NCBI GenBank assembly: GCA_910586625.1
Contig: CAJUIZ010000003.1
Span: 55,254 to 119,253 of the forward strand
DNA: 64,000 nt
Source: an uncultured Christensenellaceae bacterium
GTDB taxonomy: Bacteria; Bacillota; Clostridia; Christensenellales; CAG-314
Direction of reading: 5' to 3'
Position 1 is the stretch's first letter; each line of letters opens with the position of its first letter. The position numbers and the translations under genes were made by a program. Shown here piece after piece: positions 18,217-28,150 of this stretch. The notes under the pieces are model-generated. The model was not told where the DNA came from. It did no database searches and was given only the letters and a program-made list of their open reading frames with translations.

Positions 18217-19611
18217 TCAGACGATAAATTCCGCGCTGTCTTGGGGGGCGTTGTTCATTTCTTCCGCTTTGCTCTCGTAGCCGTTACGTCCGAACAGAGC
18301 GTAGGTCGCGTCCTTGCCGCCTTCTACGCCCGGCTGATTGTACGCGTTGACATTTAACAGCGCGCCTTCGTACGCGGTGCACAGCTGCAACAGATAAATA
18401 AGCGAGCCCAAATGGTATTCGTCCAACGAATCCAGCGACAAAGTGAAATTGACGCGTCCGCGCTTGGTAAGATTGTAGCGCGTGGCGTACAATTCCTTAT
18501 TGGTAAGCTCCGCAAGCGTATGTCCGCACAAAAAGTTAACGTCGGCAAAACCGTCGCAGCCCTGCGGAATTACGATATCGCTGCGGAAGCTGTTTACTTC
18601 CAAAAACGTTATTACCTTGTCGAACGGGCCTTCGTTGTACAACTGAACCTGACTGTGCTGGTCGGTAACTCCGAGCGCTTTGACCGGAGTTTGCCCTGCG
18701 TTTACCACGTCGCCGTCAAGGTCGCGCTCCTTTCCCAAACTTTCCGCCCACAGCTGCGCGTACCAATCGGCGACGTATTTGAGACTGTCGGCATAGGGCA
18801 TCATAACGTTTATGTTGCAGCCTTTGTTTATCAGCAGATACTGTATAACCGCCATAGTAAGCGCCGGATTGACGTTTAAGTCGTCCGATTTGCACAATTC
18901 GTCCGTTTCTCTCGCTCCACGCAGAAGCTCGGAAATATCTATTCCCAAAACGGCCGCGGGCAGAAGCCCAACGGGAGAAAGCACTGAAAAACGTCCGCCC
19001 ACGCCATCGGGAATATAGAACGTTTCGAAACCGTTTTCCTTGGCGAGTTTGACGAGATTGCCCTTATTAGAGCTGGTTGTGGCAATGATATGCCGACTTG
19101 CCTTATCGCCGAGCTTGCGTTTTAACAGGTCGGTAATTATAAGATACTGACTCATCGTTTCGCTTGTAGCGCCCGACTTGGTTATGACGTTGAACACCGT
19201 CTTGCTTACGTCGATTATATCGAACAAGGCGTTCATACGTTCGGGATCTACGTTGTCTATTACGTAAAAACGCGGACCCTTGCGCATTTCGCGGGGCAGC
19301 TCGTTGTAATACAGATGCTTTAACGCGTTGAATACGGCTATTGCGCCGAGAGCCGAACCGCCTATGCCCAAAACAACGAAGTTTTCGCATTCGTTACGTA
19401 TTTTCGCGGCGGTTTCGACGATACGTCCCACTGCTTCCGCCTGATTGTACGGACTGTCCATCCAACCCTGCATATCCGCGCCGCGGCTTGCTTCCACCTT
19501 GGCGCGCGCCTGCTTGGCAAGCTGCCGCATTTGTTCCAATTCTTCCCTTTTTATTCCGTGTTTGCCGACCTTTGCGAACATTACGTTGTTGTAATTAAGT
19601 TTTACGCTCAT
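18217..19611 (-). CDS. pgi: glucose-6-phosphate isomerase
   Basis: Firmicute-type PGI of about 450 aa (VVLGIGGSALG, GGRFSVLS). Start ATG 19611 (MSVKLNYNN) has an AGAAGGG RBS. I rejected the track's N-terminal extension. Confidence 0.9.
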   Translation of the reverse strand: MSVKLNYNNVMFAKVGKHGIKREELEQMRQLAKQARAKVEASRGADMQGWMDSPYNQAEAVGRIVETAAKIRNECENFVVLGIGGSALGAIAVFNALKHLYYNELPREMRKGPRFYVIDNVDPERMNALFDIIDVSKTVFNVITKSGATSETMSQYLIITDLLKRKLGDKASRHIIATTSSNKGNLVKLAKENGFETFYIPDGVGGRFSVLSPVGLLPAAVLGIDISELLRGARETDELCKSDDLNVNPALTMAVIQYLLINKGCNINVMMPYADSLKYVADWYAQLWAESLGKERDLDGDVVNAGQTPVKALGVTDQHSQVQLYNEGPFDKVITFLEVNSFRSDIVIPQGCDGFADVNFLCGHTLAELTNKELYATRYNLTKRGRVNFTLSLDSLDEYHLGSLIYLLQLCTAYEGALLNVNAYNQPGVEGGKDATYALFGRNGYESKAEEMNNAPQDSAEFIV

Positions 19612-19636
19612 AGTTTTTAACCCTTCTTTATCTCTA

Positions 19637-22012
19637 TTATTCCACGTCGTATTTGCCAAACAGCGCACGCACTGCCTTGCCGAAACGTTTGTTGGCGTGA
19701 TAGTAAATAAACATAACCCACTTGGCGTCCAGACCACCTACGCTCATCAACGATACGAGCGGAGTGGACAACGCCCCTTGGTAAATCATCTGCGCGACTG
19801 GGTCGCTCATTGATTTGCTCGGAGAACTGCGCTTTGCCATTCGTCGGACAAACCGCAAAACCGTACGAACAAGAGCCACCTGACCTTGCATATCCGCAAG
19901 AGTATCCAGCAAAGTAAAATCTCCGCGGCGCGGGATATAGTATACTTCCTTGTCCTGACCAGCAAGCTTGTAAAACTGCGTTTCCGCCACGTTGAAGCTG
20001 CCCACAATCGGCTCGTAATAGCACGGATACAGCTCTCGGTCGCCGCCCTTGACAATCTGACCGCCGACGGTAACGCTTTGCGACAATATTACCTGCTCGA
20101 CGTTGCGGCAAACGGATACGGCGTACTCGCCGGCGACGGTAACGTAACGCCCGTCGAGAAATATGCTAAACGCCCGTTCGTCCAAACGCAGCTTGACGTT
20201 TATGCTTTGTCCCGACTTGACGTATACCTTGTCGAAAGCTCTGAGCTCTCTGCTTGCGCGCAGATAGCCGCAGTCGCAGTTGTCCACATACACCTGCACA
20301 ACTTCGCTTGCGTCCGTCGTTCCCGTATTTGTAACGGTGACGGACACTTCGAAGCCGTCCTTGTCGGAAGCTACGGCAAGGTCAGAATACTCGAACGAAG
20401 TGTAAGACAGTCCGTAACCGAATGGGAACAATACCGGCACGCCGAAAGTATTGTAATAGCGATAGCCCACAAAAACGCTCTCGCGGTGCTCGTCGACGAA
20501 GTAGTCGTTATTGAAATAGTTAAAGCAGGGCGTATCCGTAATACGTACGGGGTAGCTTTCCGCAAGCCGTCCGCTCGGCGACGTTACGCCGAAAAGCAAA
20601 TCGTACGCCGCTTCCATTACCGCCTGACCGCCGAGATACATATTGAGCAGCGCCTTGGTTTTGTTAAGCCACGGCATAGTAAACGGCGAACCGCCGAAAG
20701 CGACGAACACAATATTATCGTTAACTTGGCTGATTTGCTCCAACAGCTTAACCTGACAGTTGGGTATGTTCAAATCCGTTCGGTCGTAGCCTTCCCCTTC
20801 GAAATCGTCGGTAAGTCCGCCGAAAAACAGTACGCAGTCGGCGTTCTTGGCAAGCGTTACCGCTTCCTTCTGCGCCTTGCCGTCTGCTTTGTCGCCCTTT
20901 ATGTTGTAGCCCTTGGCGTAAGTAAAGTTTGCGCCCTTTGCCGTTAGCACCTGCAAAAAGTCGACGCAGTCGGCGTTGACGTGGCTGCTTCCCGCGCCTT
21001 GATAACGCGGCTTTGCGGCAAGCTCGCCCACGACGAGAATTTTTTGCCCTGCGTCAAGAGGAAGAACGCCGTCGTTTTTGAGTAAAACTGCGGAATCGAC
21101 TTCCACCTGCTTGGCTATATCGTTATGCGCAGCGTAATCCACCGAAACGGTTCTTCCGCCGCACTTACCAACCAAATTTATTACGTTAGCCGCAGCCCTG
21201 TCGAGAGACTTCTGCCGCAAACTGCCGTCGGCGAGAGCCTTCATGATTTTGCGCTCGTGATAGCCCGATTTGTCTTCGGGCATTTCGAGATCCGTTCCCG
21301 CGTCGATTGCCTTGGCTTGGTCGTAGCACGCGCCCCAGTCGCTCATAACCAGCCCGTCGAAGCCCCACTCGTCACGCAAAATATCCGTTAGCAGCCGCTT
21401 GTTGTGACAGGCGCTTTCGCCGTTTATTTTGTTATACGAAGCCATAACCGCATACGGACGAGCCTGCTTTACCACGCGCTCGAATGCCGACAGATAAATC
21501 TCGCGCAAAGCGCGTTCGTCCACTACGGCGTTAACCGACATACGGCGGTTTTCTCGGCTGTTGACGGCATAATGCTTTAACGAACAGCCGACCCCGTTGC
21601 TTTGCATAGCCGAAACGTAGCCGCTTGCAAGCTCTCCCGCGAGATACGGGTCTTCGGAGTAGTACTCGAAATTACGCCCGCACAGCGGACTGCGCTTGAT
21701 ATTTACGCCGGGACCCAACACCACCGATACGCCCTGCGCAAGAGCTTCGCAGCCTATACTCTTGCCTACGAGCACCGCGCTGCGCCTGTTCCAAGACGAC
21801 GCAACTGCCGAAGCGGCGGGAAAGCACGTGGCTTTGGAACTGTCGTTGATACCGCGGTTGCCGTCGCATTGCCTGCGCAGCCCGTGCGGACCGTCCGTCA
21901 TCATAATACTCGGCACGCCGTCCGCTTCCTGCGTATGCCACGCGCCCTTGCCGTGAATTAACCGCGCCTTGTCGGCGTTGGATAAATTGTTGATATATTT
22001 CAATACGTCCAT
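19637..22012 (-). CDS. glycoside hydrolase family 3 (beta-glucosidase-like)
   Basis: DGPHGLR and GLVMSDW (nucleophile Asp) motifs, with a Fn3-like domain after the catalytic domains. Only 25 nt separate it from pgi. Confidence 0.9.
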   Translation of the reverse strand: MDVLKYINNLSNADKARLIHGKGAWHTQEADGVPSIMMTDGPHGLRRQCDGNRGINDSSKATCFPAASAVASSWNRRSAVLVGKSIGCEALAQGVSVVLGPGVNIKRSPLCGRNFEYYSEDPYLAGELASGYVSAMQSNGVGCSLKHYAVNSRENRRMSVNAVVDERALREIYLSAFERVVKQARPYAVMASYNKINGESACHNKRLLTDILRDEWGFDGLVMSDWGACYDQAKAIDAGTDLEMPEDKSGYHERKIMKALADGSLRQKSLDRAAANVINLVGKCGGRTVSVDYAAHNDIAKQVEVDSAVLLKNDGVLPLDAGQKILVVGELAAKPRYQGAGSSHVNADCVDFLQVLTAKGANFTYAKGYNIKGDKADGKAQKEAVTLAKNADCVLFFGGLTDDFEGEGYDRTDLNIPNCQVKLLEQISQVNDNIVFVAFGGSPFTMPWLNKTKALLNMYLGGQAVMEAAYDLLFGVTSPSGRLAESYPVRITDTPCFNYFNNDYFVDEHRESVFVGYRYYNTFGVPVLFPFGYGLSYTSFEYSDLAVASDKDGFEVSVTVTNTGTTDASEVVQVYVDNCDCGYLRASRELRAFDKVYVKSGQSINVKLRLDERAFSIFLDGRYVTVAGEYAVSVCRNVEQVILSQSVTVGGQIVKGGDRELYPCYYEPIVGSFNVAETQFYKLAGQDKEVYYIPRRGDFTLLDTLADMQGQVALVRTVLRFVRRMAKRSSPSKSMSDPVAQMIYQGALSTPLVSLMSVGGLDAKWVMFIYYHANKRFGKAVRALFGKYDVE

Positions 22013-22230
22013 TTTGACCGTACCCTTGGGTTATTACGTAAGCAACGCGAATACTCTGTAAACAAAACGCGCGTTACCGATATTTTCCTACTGTATATTT
22101 TAGCATACTTATAATAGCTTGTGTACTGTTCAAAGACAAAAAACCCCATATATTTTTTTAATATTAAAATATCTATTGAAAAGCGCTGCTAATTATATTA
22201 TACTGAATTTATTACACGCAGGACTTCGAT

Positions 22231-22629
22231 ATGATTAGATACGCGACAAGAAACGATTACGCAGAGCTTAGAGCCGACAAGCACATATCCGCAGAAGAAT
22301 TGACGCGCGCAATAGACTGTAACAGAATATTGGTTTTCGACGACGGCGGAATAACAGCGTGGCTTAGATACAATTTGTTTTGGGACAATACGCCCTTTTG
22401 CAATATGCTGTTCGTACAGGCTAATCGCCGCAATGAAAAAATTGCAACCGCGCTTGTCGCCCGTTGGGAGCAAGATATGCTGAACGCGGGATACGCCGCC
22501 GTTATGACTTCGGCTCAGGCAAACGAAAGCGGACTGATATTTTGGCGAAAAACAGGCTACGCCGACTGCGGACAGTTTAGACCTGTCGGCGAAGATACGG
22601 AAATAATCCTGTGCAAAAAACTGTCTTAA
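22231..22629 (+). CDS. GNAT family N-acetyltransferase (tentative)
   Basis: 132 aa with the pattern LFVQANRRNEKIATALVARWE...FWRKTGY, typical of an acetyl-CoA binding core. Confidence 0.65.
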   Translation: MIRYATRNDYAELRADKHISAEELTRAIDCNRILVFDDGGITAWLRYNLFWDNTPFCNMLFVQANRRNEKIATALVARWEQDMLNAGYAAVMTSAQANESGLIFWRKTGYADCGQFRPVGEDTEIILCKKLS

Positions 22630-22657
22630 AACGACACGGGAGCGAAAGGAAAACACT

Positions 22658-24340
22658 ATGAAAAACAAGTGGTACAAGGAAGCTGTATTTTACCAAATTT
22701 ATCCGCGAAGCTTTAAGGACTCCGACGGCGACGGCGTGGGCGACATACGCGGAATAATATCCAAAATAGACTATTTGGCGGATTTGGGCGTAGACGCTAT
22801 TTGGTTTTCGCCCCTATACGCAAGCCCCAACGCCGACTACGGCTATGATATATCCGACTACAAGGCGATAAACCCCGAATACGGTACGATGGACGACTTC
22901 GACGAGATGGTACGCCTGCTGCACGGCAAAGGCATACGGGTAATAATGGACCTTGTAATAAACCACACCAGCGACAAACACGAGTGGTTTGTCAATGCCC
23001 GTTCTTCACGCGATGACCCTTACCGCGACTACTACTACTTCCGCGACGGACGGGGCAAAAACGGCAAAAAACCGCCCAATAACTGGACGAGCTTTTTTGT
23101 GGGAAGCGCGTGGAAATACGAAGAAAACACAAAGCAATGGTATCTGCACCTGTTCGACGAAAACCAACCCGACCTTAACTACTTTAACCCGCGCGTTATG
23201 GAAGAAATAAAGGGTATTCTGCGCTTTTGGCTGGATAAGGGCGTGGACGGCTTCCGCTGCGACGTGATTACGCTGCTTTCCAAAACGGCGGGACTGCCCA
23301 GCGGCAAAAAGCGAATTGCGCTGACAGGCAGCGAATACTACATTGACGGCGACAGAATGGAAGAATATCTAGGCGAGCTTCAAGAAGTTCTGCGCGAATA
23401 CGACGCCTTTACCGTGGGCGAAAGCGTGTTTATTACGGTAGATAAAGCGTTACGCTACACAAGCGAAGACAACGAATATCTGACCACCGTGTTTTCCTTC
23501 GACCACGTTTCGGCGGACAATCGTTTCGGGATAAAGCAACTGCCGAAAAAATTTAATCTGCTTGACTTGAAGCGGGCGTTGACCCGTTGGCAGAACGGCT
23601 TGTACGGCAAAAGCTGGAATACGCTGTTTTGGGAAAACCACGACAGCGCGCGCATTGTGGGCAGGTACGTTAGCGACAGGGTAAACCGCGAAGAAGGGGC
23701 GAAGATGCTTGCGACCGTGCTGCTTACCCTTTCCGGAACGCCGTTTATCTATCAAGGGCAGGAGTTCGGCACGATTTCCGCAAGAATGACGGATATAAAG
23801 GACTACAAGGACGTGGACGCGCTACGCAGCTACGCTTTGCTTAAAAAGCTGTTCGGGAAGAAAAAAGCCATGAAAAAATTAGCGTACTGCTCGCGGGATA
23901 ACGCGCGTACCCCCGTGCAATGGGACGACACGCAAAACGCAGGCTTTACGACAGGCGAGCCTTGGCTTAAAGTTGCGCCGAGCTATCGAGATATTAACGC
24001 GAAGCAAGCGGAAAAGGACGGAAATTCCGTACTGCACTACTACAAAAAACTTATAAAGCTTCGCAAAGGCGACAAGGCGTTTGTGTACGGCAAGTATCAA
24101 GACCTGTTGCCCAAAAGTAAAAAGCTGCTTGCGTATCTCCGTGAAAGCGAATACGGAAAACTGATTGTGATAAACAATTTTTCGCTGAAAACCGCGAAAT
24201 TTACACTGCCGAAGGGTATAGACGGCGGCGCGTATACGCTGATTACAAGCAACTACGCCGATTCGCCGAAAAAACTTGGAACTACGGCTTTACGCCCATA
24301 TGAAAGTATTGTGTATAAAGCCGACGGCAAAAATGCGTAA
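22658..24340 (+). CDS. GH13 alpha-glucosidase / oligo-1,6-glucosidase
   Basis: FYQIYPRSF, DLVINHTS, DGFRCDVI, GESV and WENHDSAR conserved regions. Confidence 0.9.
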   Translation: MKNKWYKEAVFYQIYPRSFKDSDGDGVGDIRGIISKIDYLADLGVDAIWFSPLYASPNADYGYDISDYKAINPEYGTMDDFDEMVRLLHGKGIRVIMDLVINHTSDKHEWFVNARSSRDDPYRDYYYFRDGRGKNGKKPPNNWTSFFVGSAWKYEENTKQWYLHLFDENQPDLNYFNPRVMEEIKGILRFWLDKGVDGFRCDVITLLSKTAGLPSGKKRIALTGSEYYIDGDRMEEYLGELQEVLREYDAFTVGESVFITVDKALRYTSEDNEYLTTVFSFDHVSADNRFGIKQLPKKFNLLDLKRALTRWQNGLYGKSWNTLFWENHDSARIVGRYVSDRVNREEGAKMLATVLLTLSGTPFIYQGQEFGTISARMTDIKDYKDVDALRSYALLKKLFGKKKAMKKLAYCSRDNARTPVQWDDTQNAGFTTGEPWLKVAPSYRDINAKQAEKDGNSVLHYYKKLIKLRKGDKAFVYGKYQDLLPKSKKLLAYLRESEYGKLIVINNFSLKTAKFTLPKGIDGGAYTLITSNYADSPKKLGTTALRPYESIVYKADGKNA

Positions 24341-24520
24341 TGCGTAACGCTCAATGCGTAATGAAGGAAGCCCGTTTGACAACGGGCTTACATTTTCAGA
24401 AGGTTACGCTTCGCCGAATTTCTCCACGCGTTCGCCACGCTCGCTTGGTCGAAATGACTTTATCTTCACTTCGTTCGATAAACGTCGGCGTTTGCGACTG
24501 ACGTCGCTCGGCTAAGGACA
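24332..24520 (+). repeat. composite modular repeat element, copy D (colinear with copy A)
   Basis: Order of parts: five heptads at 24332-24366, hairpin at 24368-24389, AAGGTTACGCTTCGC, M1 at 24418-24458, TTATCTTCACTTCGTTCGATAAACG, M3 at 24487-24519. The first heptads overlap the last codons and the stop of the alpha-glucosidase gene. Confidence 0.8.
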
Positions 24521-24572
24521 TAGTTAAACGCTCGGTCAAAGTAACGTAGTAAGGCTGTGCGGCTGTCGCCTG

Positions 24573-24807
24573 GACTTCTCCACGCGGGGCTTCGCCCCTT
24601 GGTCGAAGTGACATAATAAATAGTTAATCGAACTGATGTAATAAATATTGGTCGAAATACTCCGCATTATTGCTTATTCATATATTAAGCAATTGTTTTG
24701 ATAGCATTTTTAGTATTATTACCGATAGTGATGCTCCGTTTCGCCAAAGGGCGGCGAAGGCATAGATGCACGGGCGTTCGCATTGCAAGCAACGCTTGGC
24801 TAAGGAC
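24573..24807 (+). repeat. additional hairpin modules (M1, M2, M3)
   Basis: M1 at 24573-24613 has stem GGGGC-ttc-GCCCC. M2 (TTTCGCCAAAGGGCGGCGAA) is at 24739-24758. An M3 variant is at 24773-24807. Confidence 0.7.
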
Positions 24808-24900
24808 ATAAACTAATAAAAACAACGCCTGACAAATTGTCGGGCGTTTATGATTGCCGTTTATTTTTTATGTGGGGGGGGATAAAAACATCACTTCTTC

Positions 24901-24998
24901 GTCAAAAGCATTTTCGCATATTCACTTTTCAATGCGACGTAACTTCTCAGTCAAAAGCATTTTAACATAATAACTTTTCAATGTAACGAATTTGCTTG
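24901..24998 (+). repeat. 49-bp tandem direct repeat, two units at about 70% identity
   Basis: Unit 1 starts GTCAAAAGCATTTTCGCATATTCACTTTTCAATGCGACG. Unit 2 starts GTCAAAAGCATTTTAACATAATAACTTTTCAATGTAACG. A G8 tract lies at 24874-24881. Confidence 0.7.
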
Positions 24999-25036
24999 TC
25001 GATGCAACACATTTGCTTTTAGTGTTGATTAAAACG

Positions 25037-25498
25037 TTATTCCGTCGGCAGCAGAGTTTTAACATAGTCGTCGGGCGGACTTTCCACGTAGGTTACATAT
25101 GAGAGTTCGCTCTCGTCGGCGCGGTAAATTTTTACCGTAAGCTTGCGCGTTTGCGCGGAATAACACACGCAGTTGAATACGATTGCAGGGACAAAGCCGT
25201 CCTTGGTAACCGTTACGGTTGCCGTACCCCATTCCGAAACGGACGCGTCGTAGCAGTTGGTTAAAGCATCCAGTTCGATTACGGGGGATACGCCCTTGTT
25301 ATCCGTATAGAAGGTTTTGCCCGCAACCGTAACGCGCGCGTTATGCACGGGAAGATTGTCCAAGCCCACCACCGTAACCCTTATATTTGTAGATTTTGCC
25401 GAAGCGGATATTGCCGACCTGTCTAACACGGTTAGCACGGACAATACCAACGCCAGTACCGTCAAAGCCGCGGCTACGCTTTTTAACGTTGCTTTCAT
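25037..25498 (-). CDS. secreted or membrane-anchored hypothetical protein (153 aa)
   Basis: N-terminal signal/anchor, then beta-rich sequence (IRVTVVGLDN..ARVTVAGKTFYTDNKG), carboxypeptidase-regulatory-like. Confidence 0.6.
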   Translation of the reverse strand: MKATLKSVAAALTVLALVLSVLTVLDRSAISASAKSTNIRVTVVGLDNLPVHNARVTVAGKTFYTDNKGVSPVIELDALTNCYDASVSEWGTATVTVTKDGFVPAIVFNCVCYSAQTRKLTVKIYRADESELSYVTYVESPPDDYVKTLLPTE

Positions 25499-25664
25499 AC
25501 GGATATTATATTGCAGAAAACTCCGCTATATGACGGTGAGTACTCAATTACAAAATACTTATAACGCAAGTATTATCGCATATTCCCCAAAGAAAACAAC
25601 TTGGAAAAGTTAGGTTACATTCGTGTTATATTTGCCGAACTCGCTATCACCTACAATCAGTCCG

Positions 25665-26567
25665 CTACTGCTCCACGCAAATCAAAATATATTCGCCGCC
25701 GCCCGTTATTTGCGCGCGTTCGCCTGCGGACATAAACGCCGTTTCGCCCTTACAAAGCGCAACGCCGTTAAGTTCAATCGAGCCGTCCGTAACAGTTACC
25801 GCAACAAAGCTGTCGTCGCGCCCTACTTCGCGTTCGCCCGCGAACCTGTACGCCGAAAAGTAACGGCACTTGGCAAGCAGGTCGCCACGCTCGGGATTGG
25901 GAACGTCGTACGCGTTGAGATTGGCAACCGCCTTGGCTTTGTCAACGTGCAGGGGACGTTTGTTGCCGTTTGCGTCCGCGCGGTCGAAGTCGTACACGCG
26001 GTAGGTAAGAGAGCTGTTTTGCTGAACTTCATACAACGTAACGCCCGATCCGATAGCGTGAATTGTGCCGCTTGGTATAAAATACGTTTCACCCTTTTTT
26101 ACGGGGACGCGGTTTAACAGCTGACACACGGTGTTACTGTCGATTGCCGCGGCAAATTCTTCCGCGGAAACGGTACGGTTAAGCCCCAAATACAGGAACG
26201 CGCCGTCGTCCGCTTCCAATATGTACCACATCTCCGTTTTGCCGAATTGCCCTTCGTGTTCGAGCGCGTATTCGTCGGACGGATGCACCTGAATAGACAG
26301 GGCTTGCGCGGAGTCGATTATTTTGCTTAGTACAGGGAAAAAAGGAAATTCGCGGCAATTAACGCCCCAATCGACGCGCGTTGCCGCTTCCGCAAGCGGT
26401 TTGCCGTCGTATTTGCCGCCGATAACGGTTGCAAGCCCGTCGGGGTGGAAAGATAATTCCCACGCTTCCGACAGCGTTGCTTCGTCCGTTTGCTTGTTCC
26501 AATCCGTTTTGAGTTTTGTGCCGCCCCACAGATAGCTTTTGAGCGCGGGGTTGAGTTTTACTATCAT
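25665..26567 (-). CDS. manA: class I mannose-6-phosphate isomerase (Bacillus type)
   Basis: YLWGG, SIQVHPSD and GKTEMWYIL motifs; 300 aa. Confidence 0.85.
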   Translation of the reverse strand: MIVKLNPALKSYLWGGTKLKTDWNKQTDEATLSEAWELSFHPDGLATVIGGKYDGKPLAEAATRVDWGVNCREFPFFPVLSKIIDSAQALSIQVHPSDEYALEHEGQFGKTEMWYILEADDGAFLYLGLNRTVSAEEFAAAIDSNTVCQLLNRVPVKKGETYFIPSGTIHAIGSGVTLYEVQQNSSLTYRVYDFDRADANGNKRPLHVDKAKAVANLNAYDVPNPERGDLLAKCRYFSAYRFAGEREVGRDDSFVAVTVTDGSIELNGVALCKGETAFMSAGERAQITGGGEYILICVEQ

Positions 26568-26685
26568 AATATTATACCGTTCGCTTTCGGGTTATTTACG
26601 CGCATACGGCGCTGATTTTGTCCGTTAAAAGGGTGATATTTTGAGATACTGCGTCTACCGCGCCATTGCTCTTTTTCTGCCGACT

Positions 26686-27117
26686 TCAACAGCGACAGCG
26701 CCCTGTTGTACTCACAAGCGCTTCGTTCTTACGTCCGAAGCCGAGATACACGTACGATTTACGTTTGTTGCCGCAGTAGTATACTGCAAAGTTCTTGACG
26801 TTGCGTACGCGGCGTTTTACAAGGTTGCGGAAAGCCTTGATTTCTTCGCACAGATGCCCCGCTCCGCCGTCCGTTTTGCGCTCGTCTATGTGCCCGTTTT
26901 GCTGCGGGCAGAAGTCGTTGACGACCAGTATAAACAGCTGCGAATAGGGAATGACGTTGGTCATATGCTGTTCGAAGGTTTTTTCGTCGCTGGACGGTCC
27001 GCAATAGGGTGCGTTTGGCGAATCGATACGCGCAATAGTTTGACAAACGGACTGAGCTATACGCTCGGTGCCCTTTTCCGATACGGTGCCGTGATAGGAT
27101 ACGAATGCTGAGTACAT
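26686..27117 (-). CDS. hypothetical protein, possibly a TIR-like domain
   Basis: Starts MYSAFVSYHG, followed by LFILVVNDF and HLCEEIKAF. This spacing loosely resembles the TIR blocks FISY / hydrophobic strand / WCxxE. RBS AAAGGAA. The family call is weak. Confidence 0.35.
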   Translation of the reverse strand: MYSAFVSYHGTVSEKGTERIAQSVCQTIARIDSPNAPYCGPSSDEKTFEQHMTNVIPYSQLFILVVNDFCPQQNGHIDERKTDGGAGHLCEEIKAFRNLVKRRVRNVKNFAVYYCGNKRKSYVYLGFGRKNEALVSTTGRCRC

Positions 27118-27237
27118 AGTGATTTTTTCCTTTGTTTTTATGCGTAACGTTGTTAACGCAAAAGTTCTTCGTTAAACGGCTCGTCGTTGCGCTCAAAGTT
27201 GATTTTTTGTCTTAGTCTTTCATTGGTTAAATAATCT

Positions 27238-27980
27238 TCAATCAACTTCTGCCGTTATAGTTTGTTTCCATTTGAGAACGCGTCCGCGAAAATAGTTATG
27301 ATTGCAGGTAATTTTCGTAACGTCGCAAACGGCATCGTCTACGAAATACACATATCCGTTATCGAAGATTATCGACGCCTGCATTATATCAGCGCAGCAA
27401 CTTGCGTCGTAAGAATAATGCATACCCGTGTTGAACTCGAATACAAGGGATATAATCGACCCCCAACAACCGTCAACCGTTACTTCTATTCTGTCGGAAA
27501 AATTTTCCGCGCTAACGTCATAGCTGCAATGATGTCGGTTATAATTCCGTCGTGGAAGTCCCAAGCGGCTTCCATCAGGTCTTTGACGTCTTTATCGTCT
27601 TTAACCAAAGTCCATTCGTTAATGCAGTTTTTACCGTTTAGTTGCCTTGCCTTTTCCAAATACTCGTCGTCAACCGTCCGCCCCTTTACAATAGCTGCAA
27701 ATAATTCGCGGTTATTTACCAGCCAATCATATCCGTGTACGTTATGAAAAGCACCGATAACACCGTAATGTAATTTGGCTTCTACAAAGTTTTCTTCGTT
27801 TGTATCAAAGATAAAAACGCGCCTGGTTAAATTGCCGCTGGTTTTGTACATATTTACGAATTGATACTTATCGTGTTCGCTATCGAAAACTATCGCGTCG
27901 GAAAAGAAACCGTCGTACGATACTGCAAAAACATAAGAGTAATATTCCCTGCCGTCTTTATCTACAACTTTTGCTATCAT
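27238..27980 (-). pseudogene. frameshifted gene of unknown function (two overlapping ORFs)
   Basis: ORFs 27486-27980 and 27238-27564 overlap by 79 nt, one nucleotide out of frame. The second ORF has no RBS of its own. The sequence reads through plausibly (..WDFHDGIITDI / SYDVSAENFSDRIEVTVDG..). An A4T5 run (minus strand) at about 27497-27510 is a likely indel site. Confidence 0.5.
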
Positions 27981-28108
27981 TTGAACAAGTTTCCTTATCT
28001 CATTATAAATAAAATATATAACAAATATTGTCCATTGTCAACAGTAACAATATTTTAAGTATAAAATACAATCGAAAAAAATTTAATTGACAAATTAGCT
28101 AAAAATTG

Positions 28109-28137
28109 TTGATAAAAAGCGCGCTTTGTGCTATATT
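28109..28137 (+). promoter_or_regulatory. sigma-70 type promoter upstream of the tRNA-Leu pair
   Basis: TTGATA (28109-28114), 17-nt spacer, TATATT (28132-28137), about 14 nt before the disrupted tRNA copy. Confidence 0.5.
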
Positions 28138-28150
28138 ATATAGGCACAAT

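Noticed and set aside
6764-24807. Possibility that the recurring repeats form a CRISPR array
   Set aside because: The copies are kilobases apart and not regularly spaced. They are mosaics of different modules rather than one repeat alternating with unique spacers, and no cas genes are present.
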